64,000 bases of DNA from an uncultured delta proteobacterium. GTDB taxonomy: Bacteria > Myxococcota_A > Polyangia > Haliangiales > Haliangiaceae. The notes under the pieces were generated by a model, which saw only the letters and a list, made by a program, of their open reading frames with translations, was not told the DNA's origin and made no database searches. Below, piece after piece: positions 59,195 through 64,000 of this stretch (position 1 is the stretch's first letter; each line of letters opens with the position of its first letter). The stretch lies in NCBI GenBank assembly GCA_963848295.1, contig CAWKDB010000010.1:4768001-4832000 (forward strand). Reading direction: 5' to 3'. A program made the translations under genes and the position numbers.

Positions 59195-59301
59195 AGGTTT
59201 TTTGGGCGAGGCGAAGGAAACCGCCGCCTGCGCGCCCTGTCAACCACGACGCGCAGTCGTTCATTCCCGAGTGAACACCAGAGACTCCGCGCACTTACCT
59301 C

Positions 59302-59376
59302 GGGACGGAGTAACCTTTGACACCTTGCGGTCGCGGACGAGCTCGGTCCGGAAGGTGTCAAAGGTGACTCCGTCCC
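59302..59376. repeat. REP/REPIN-like inverted repeat
   Basis: GGGACGGAGTAACCTTTGACACCTT (59302-26) is inverted with 59352-76 (24/25 match), 25-nt spacer. Confidence 0.85.
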
Positions 59377-59475
59377 CGGTCAGGACTCGTATGACTTTGT
59401 CTCGACGCGCTTACGTTGCTTGACCGATCGAGTGCCGCGCGCGAGAGTGAACCTAAGGAATCGGAGATCAGGACG

Positions 59476-59568
59476 ATGAGCTTCGGCATTACGCACACCA
59501 CCCCGGCGACGGCATGTCTCGCCGTCGATCGCGGCGTGGCCCGCGGTGGCCGAGGCTCGATGCGCTGA
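59476..59568 (+). CDS. Putative 30-aa attenuator leader peptide MSFGITHTTPATACLAVDRGVARGGRGSMR
   Basis: GGAG/AGGA RBS upstream; stop codon sits at the apex of a long hairpin directly before a terminator. Confidence 0.5.
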   Translation: MSFGITHTTPATACLAVDRGVARGGRGSMR

Positions 59569-59590
59569 TCGAGACCGACCTCACCGTCGC

Positions 59591-59625
59591 GGGCCCCTTG
59601 TTGACCAGGGGGCCCTTGTTCGTTT
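59591..59625 (+). terminator. Rho-independent terminator (attenuator) in the MATE 5' leader
   Basis: GGGCCCCTTG-TTGAC-CAGGGGGCCC forms a 10-bp stem (one G-U) followed by TTGTTCGTTT, 33 nt before the MATE ATG. Confidence 0.7.
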
Positions 59626-59658
59626 CGGCGAAACGATACGGGGCTCGGGAGATCCTCG

Positions 59659-61014
59659 ATGTCTGCGACTGCCTTACCCCTAGATTGGACCGATCGACCT
59701 GGCCGGACGCTGCTACGTCTAGCGTGGCCGATCACGGTCAGTACGTTGTCCTATTCGACGATGACGCTCGCGTCGACCGCGTTCGTCGCGCGGGTCGGGT
59801 CGGACGAGCTCGCGGGCGTCGGGCTCGGCGCGGTGATCGGTTTTGCGCTGATCTGTTTCGGCATCGGCGTGCTGCGCGGCGCCAAGACGCTCGTGTCGCA
59901 GGCGATCGGTGCGGGCCGGCGCGAGCAGATCCCTCAGCTGCTCGGCGCGGCGGTCGCGCTCGCGCTAGGGCTCGGTGCGCTCGCCGTGATCGTCGGCGAG
60001 TCCGTCGCGCCGCTCGTCGCGGCGTTGTCGGCATCGCGGCGCGCGGGACTGCTCGCCGCGCAGTATCTCGCGATTCGCTCGCTCGGCGCGCCGTTGGTGT
60101 TGCTCTACGCGGCGTTGCGCGAGGCGCGCTACGGCGAGGGCGATACGAAGCGGCCGATGCGCGCGTCGCTCGTCGCGAACGGCGTCAACATCGCGCTCGA
60201 TGCGACGTTGATCCTCGGCTTGGGCTGGGGCGTCGCCGGCGCGGCGGTCGCGACGATCGTCGCGAACGCGACGGAGCTGTCGTTGCTCGCATGGCCGATG
60301 CGGCACCAGCTGCGCGCGATGCGTTGGGCGCGCACCGCGCTCGGTGCGGTGTGGGAGCAAGGCTTGCCCAACGGCCTGCAGTTCGTCATGGAGGTCGGTG
60401 CGTTCTTGATCCTGACGGTGATCGTCGCGCGCTCGTCTGCGGTCGACGGCGCGGCGCATCAGCTCGTGCTGCACCTGATCAACGTGTCGTTCTTGCCGGC
60501 GCATTCGCTCGCCGAAGCGGCGGCGGTGCTGGTCGGACAGGCGGTCGGGGCGAATCGCGACGCGTTGGTGCCGAAGATCGCGCGCAAGGCGCTCGCGATC
60601 GGCGTCGGCTACTCGGCGACCTGCCTGCTCGGCTTCGTGCTGCTCGGCGGCGTGATCACGCGCGCGATGGCCGCAGGAGATCCCGCGCTCGCGGCGCGCG
60701 CCGAGACCCTGCTCCACGTCGGGCTCGCGTTCTTGATCGCCGACGCGGCGAGCGTGATCGCGCGCGGCGTCTTGCGCGGCGCGAGCGACGTGAAGTACGC
60801 CGCGATCGTCGGGATCATCACGTCATGGGTGACGACACCTCCGCTCGCGTGGCTGCTCGGCGTCGAGGCCGGGCTCGGCGCGGTCGGCGGCTGGATCGGG
60901 CTCGCGGTCGAGATCATCATCGGAGCCGCCTTGTTCTGGCTGCGGGTGTGGCGGGGCGGTTGGCGCCCGGCCGCAGCCAAGGCGAGGCGGGCGATGGCTG
61001 GCATCGCGGTGTAG
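59659..61014 (+). CDS. MATE family efflux transporter
   Basis: LLRLAWP, VSQAIGAG, GDTKRPM, NIALD..LI, GVAGAA.AT and VGQAVGA motifs; about 12 TM helices; GGGAG RBS. Confidence 0.92.
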   Translation: MSATALPLDWTDRPGRTLLRLAWPITVSTLSYSTMTLASTAFVARVGSDELAGVGLGAVIGFALICFGIGVLRGAKTLVSQAIGAGRREQIPQLLGAAVALALGLGALAVIVGESVAPLVAALSASRRAGLLAAQYLAIRSLGAPLVLLYAALREARYGEGDTKRPMRASLVANGVNIALDATLILGLGWGVAGAAVATIVANATELSLLAWPMRHQLRAMRWARTALGAVWEQGLPNGLQFVMEVGAFLILTVIVARSSAVDGAAHQLVLHLINVSFLPAHSLAEAAAVLVGQAVGANRDALVPKIARKALAIGVGYSATCLLGFVLLGGVITRAMAAGDPALAARAETLLHVGLAFLIADAASVIARGVLRGASDVKYAAIVGIITSWVTTPPLAWLLGVEAGLGAVGGWIGLAVEIIIGAALFWLRVWRGGWRPAAAKARRAMAGIAV

Positions 61015-61220
61015 GTCGTGTGAGCTAGCCCACGTCTGGCGCCCCGGGCCGCTCGCGCGGTCATCGATGCGACCCGATCGGCGTGGGCGACCGCGGCGTC
61101 GGCGTTGATCACGGCGACCATCGCGGGCGACCTCGGCTTCCTCGGCCCCGCGATCGATGCCGACGGCCGCTCGAAACGGCGGCAATGTTCGTCGTCTTGG
61201 TTGGCGCCGATCGGCATCGC

Positions 61221-64000
61221 TCAGTCGAGCGGCCAGGGCAAGGTGCGCAGATCCGGCGCGATCGCGGCGAAGCCGGCGCGCAGGCGCGCGGCGGTAGGCC
61301 GTTTGCGCGGATCGCGCGACACCGCGGCGCGCAGCAGCTGCGCGAGCGAGCCGAGGTGAGGCTTGCGCTCGAGCCGCGCGAGGACGTCGGCGCCTGGCTG
61401 AGCCGCGAAGTGTTGATCGAGGACTTGTTGCAGGGTATCGCCGCGGAGCAGCACGCGGTTCGTGAGTACCTCGAAGGCGACGCACGCGGCGGAATAGACG
61501 TCGGCGGCGAACGGCTCGTGCTGGTCGCCGTCCTCGCTCCACACCTCGGCGGCACCGTAGTGAATGCTGCCGCAGCCGGCGCGTATCCGGCGACCGGCGA
61601 GCCCGAAGTCGACGAGCACCGCGTCGCCGTTGCCGGCGCGCAGCACGACGTTCGCGGGTTTGACGTCGAGGTGCGCGATCTGGACGTGGTGCATCGCATC
61701 GAGGCCGGCGAGCAAGCCGTCGACGATCGCGAGCGCGCGCGGCATCTCGAGCTGGTCCGCTTCGAGCGTGCGCTCGAGATTGGTACCGCGCACGAACTCC
61801 ATGACGAGCACCGGCTTGGGTCGGGCGCTCGCATCGAACGTGATGAATCGCGCGAGGTTGCCGTGACGCGGGAGCGCGAGCAACGCCGAGGCCTCTTCGC
61901 GGAACAGCCGCTCGAACTCTTGCTCGGACAAGCTGCGCGCGGCTTCGCCCGCGTAGTCCGGAACCTTCAGCGCGACCTGCTCGCGATCGGCCCGCGCCCG
62001 ATCATCGGCGCGCACCGCGAGCAAGACCGATCCGCCGGCGCCGCGCCCGATCGGCCGTACAACGTAGAAGCCGCCGAGCAAGCGCGACAATGGAACCCAG
62101 CCCGGCAGCATCGCGTCCGCGGCCGCGGTCGGCGCTGGATCGGCGTCGCCGAGGGGCCGGCGCGCGAGCGCGACCAAGACGCGCTCGGTCGCCGCGGCGA
62201 GCGCCGGAGGCAACGCCATGCGCGCGGCATCGACGGTCGCGGCGACGTGCTCGTCGAGCGAGTCATCTCCACGCGCCGCCGACTGCGCGAGGTCGCGCGC
62301 ATGGGCTTCGAGCTCGTCGCTGCGATCGTCGGCCGCGAGTCCGAGGCGCTGGCGCGCGCCGAACACGCGGCGGGCGAGGGCGCCGAGCTCGAGCGCGACG
62401 CTCTCGACGACACCGGCCGCATCGCGCCGGCTGCTCGCGCAGATCCGAGCCAGCAGGTTGCCGAGTCGGGCGAGCGAGAGTCGGACCGATTCGACTCTCG
62501 GCGATTGCTCGGGCGGGAGAGCGTCGGCGAGCTCGCCGAGGCGTTCGACGACGGCGGACACCGCATCGCCATCGTCGGGATCGGCGGCGGCCCACGTCGC
62601 CTTCTCGAGGGCGGCGTGCGCGGCGAACACCGCCTCGACCTCGGGCACCATCGACGCCTCGCGGACGATCGCGAAGTCCTCGTCGGCAAAGCTCGTCGTC
62701 CACGCGAGCAACAGGTCGGTGACCTCGGCGTGACCGTCGCGCAGCAGGGCATCGCCGGCGCGAGTCATCGCCGCCCACACCGCGCGGCGTAGCGGCGAGC
62801 GATCTAGCTGCGCGCGCGCCATCAGTTGGCGAACCGCCGCGAGTCGAGCTCCGACATCGGCTTCGCCACTCGCTCGCATGCCGTCGAGCAGGCGGACCAG
62901 AGCGCGCAACCGCGCGATGCGCAGCCCGCCGTGGAGCACCGGTCCGGTCTCGGCTCGCGCTTCGCGGGCGAGCAACGCGGCCTCGATCGCCGCGAGGCCG
63001 CGCGCGAACTGAGCGCGCGCCGGATCGCCGTCGGGTGCGAGCGCGAGCACCGCCGGCAGGGCGTTGTCGGCGAGCAAGCCGCGATCGAGCTCCCGCAACA
63101 ACCGCACCGAGTGGCGGCGATCGATCGGGTCGTCGTCGTTCGCGCGCTCGAGCCAATCGGCCGCGGCGACGACCTCTTCGACCGCGGCGCGAGCGTCGTG
63201 CAACGCGCGCGGAATATCGCCGGCATCGAGCGCCGCTCGCGCGGCAGCGATCGGCAGCGCGAGGCCTTCGGGCCGCGCGCCATCGCCGAGCTCGGCGTCG
63301 AGCGCATGGAGCAGCGCCCAGCGGCCGTCGTCATCGGTGGCCGCGACCGCGAGCTTGGCGCGCGTCCAGTCGTGCGCGGCCGCCGCAGCACGTGGCAACA
63401 GCGCCGCCGCCTCTTCGCGGCGCAGCTCGGCGAGCGCTTCGGCCGCATCGAGCGGCGCTCGCGAGACGAGCTCGGTCGCGAGGTCATCCGCGGCATCTGG
63501 CGACGTGATCGCCAAGCCGGCGAGGCCGAGGATCGCACCGCGCGCGACGCCGGGCTCGGTCGCGGCGCGTTCGACGAGGATCGGCGTCCACCGCGCCGCC
63601 GCGCCGCCGTGCTCGAGGGCCGCCGCCGCCGACGCGGAGGCGCGGCGCAGCTCGGTCGGGTTCGCGTTCGGCCGGAGCTCGCGATCGATGTCATCGGCGA
63701 GCTCGGAGTCGACGTGCGCGAGCAGGCCGCGCGCGATGCCGGCGAACCGCCAGATCAGCTGCTCGCGATCGCCGAGCAGCCGCGTCAACGCCGCGCGCAC
63801 CCCCGCGCGCGCGAGCACCGCGACGCCGCCGCGATCGCCGCCGAGCTGGCGCCGCAGCGCCTCGCGCGCACCATGTGCCAAGATCCGCGCGGCGAGCCGC
63901 CGACCCGGCAACGATCCGGTCGCCGGCACTTCGACCCAACTGTGCGCGAGCGACGGCTGAGCGAGCAAGCCGATCGCGAGCTCGCCGGTCGCGCCGGGGG
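61221..64000 (-). CDS. Large helical-repeat protein with C-terminal Ser/Thr kinase domain, 5'-partial
   Basis: Frame open to the window edge; GRGAGG, VALK, HLDVKPAN, DFG, YGAAE and DVY motifs. Confidence 0.88.
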   Translation of the reverse strand, partial: PGATGELAIGLLAQPSLAHSWVEVPATGSLPGRRLAARILAHGAREALRRQLGGDRGGVAVLARAGVRAALTRLLGDREQLIWRFAGIARGLLAHVDSELADDIDRELRPNANPTELRRASASAAAALEHGGAAARWTPILVERAATEPGVARGAILGLAGLAITSPDAADDLATELVSRAPLDAAEALAELRREEAAALLPRAAAAAHDWTRAKLAVAATDDDGRWALLHALDAELGDGARPEGLALPIAAARAALDAGDIPRALHDARAAVEEVVAAADWLERANDDDPIDRRHSVRLLRELDRGLLADNALPAVLALAPDGDPARAQFARGLAAIEAALLAREARAETGPVLHGGLRIARLRALVRLLDGMRASGEADVGARLAAVRQLMARAQLDRSPLRRAVWAAMTRAGDALLRDGHAEVTDLLLAWTTSFADEDFAIVREASMVPEVEAVFAAHAALEKATWAAADPDDGDAVSAVVERLGELADALPPEQSPRVESVRLSLARLGNLLARICASSRRDAAGVVESVALELGALARRVFGARQRLGLAADDRSDELEAHARDLAQSAARGDDSLDEHVAATVDAARMALPPALAAATERVLVALARRPLGDADPAPTAAADAMLPGWVPLSRLLGGFYVVRPIGRGAGGSVLLAVRADDRARADREQVALKVPDYAGEAARSLSEQEFERLFREEASALLALPRHGNLARFITFDASARPKPVLVMEFVRGTNLERTLEADQLEMPRALAIVDGLLAGLDAMHHVQIAHLDVKPANVVLRAGNGDAVLVDFGLAGRRIRAGCGSIHYGAAEVWSEDGDQHEPFAADVYSAACVAFEVLTNRVLLRGDTLQQVLDQHFAAQPGADVLARLERKPHLGSLAQLLRAAVSRDPRKRPTAARLRAGFAAIAPDLRTLPWPLD

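Overview
High-GC bacterial chromosomal window, most likely Myxococcota (inferred from a MYXO-CTERM-like sorting tail, several eukaryote-like Ser/Thr kinases and many lipoproteins). About 55 CDSs and one tRNA-Leu(GAG); no integrase, transposase, CRISPR array or rRNA seen. Main blocks: a CheB-CheR-PAS-histidine kinase with its receiver protein, fadE, aconitase and Hsp20; a GldA/F/G-like ABC system; HtrA; SodB; a MoxR-DUF58-Bat operon; a MATE transporter. The best candidate for an undescribed system is a 7-gene lipid cluster at 16274-25427. It encodes a Gfo/Idh/MocA dehydrogenase, a CDP-alcohol phosphatidyltransferase, a class III aminotransferase, a flippase-like protein, an AUR1/IPC-synthase-like PAP2 enzyme, a PimA-like glycosyltransferase and an MMPL exporter, and could make a glycosylated (amino)inositol phospho- or sphingolipid. 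Other non-obvious signals: a 30-aa leader peptide with competing antiterminator and terminator hairpins upstream of the MATE gene; a dispersed ~26-bp REP-like repeat family (7 copies at 3 loci); a palindromic operator in front of an RHH/Zn-finger + AarF kinase operon; several sigma54-type promoters; and four single-base indels that are probably sequencing errors. Start codons were chosen by eye and no database searches were run.
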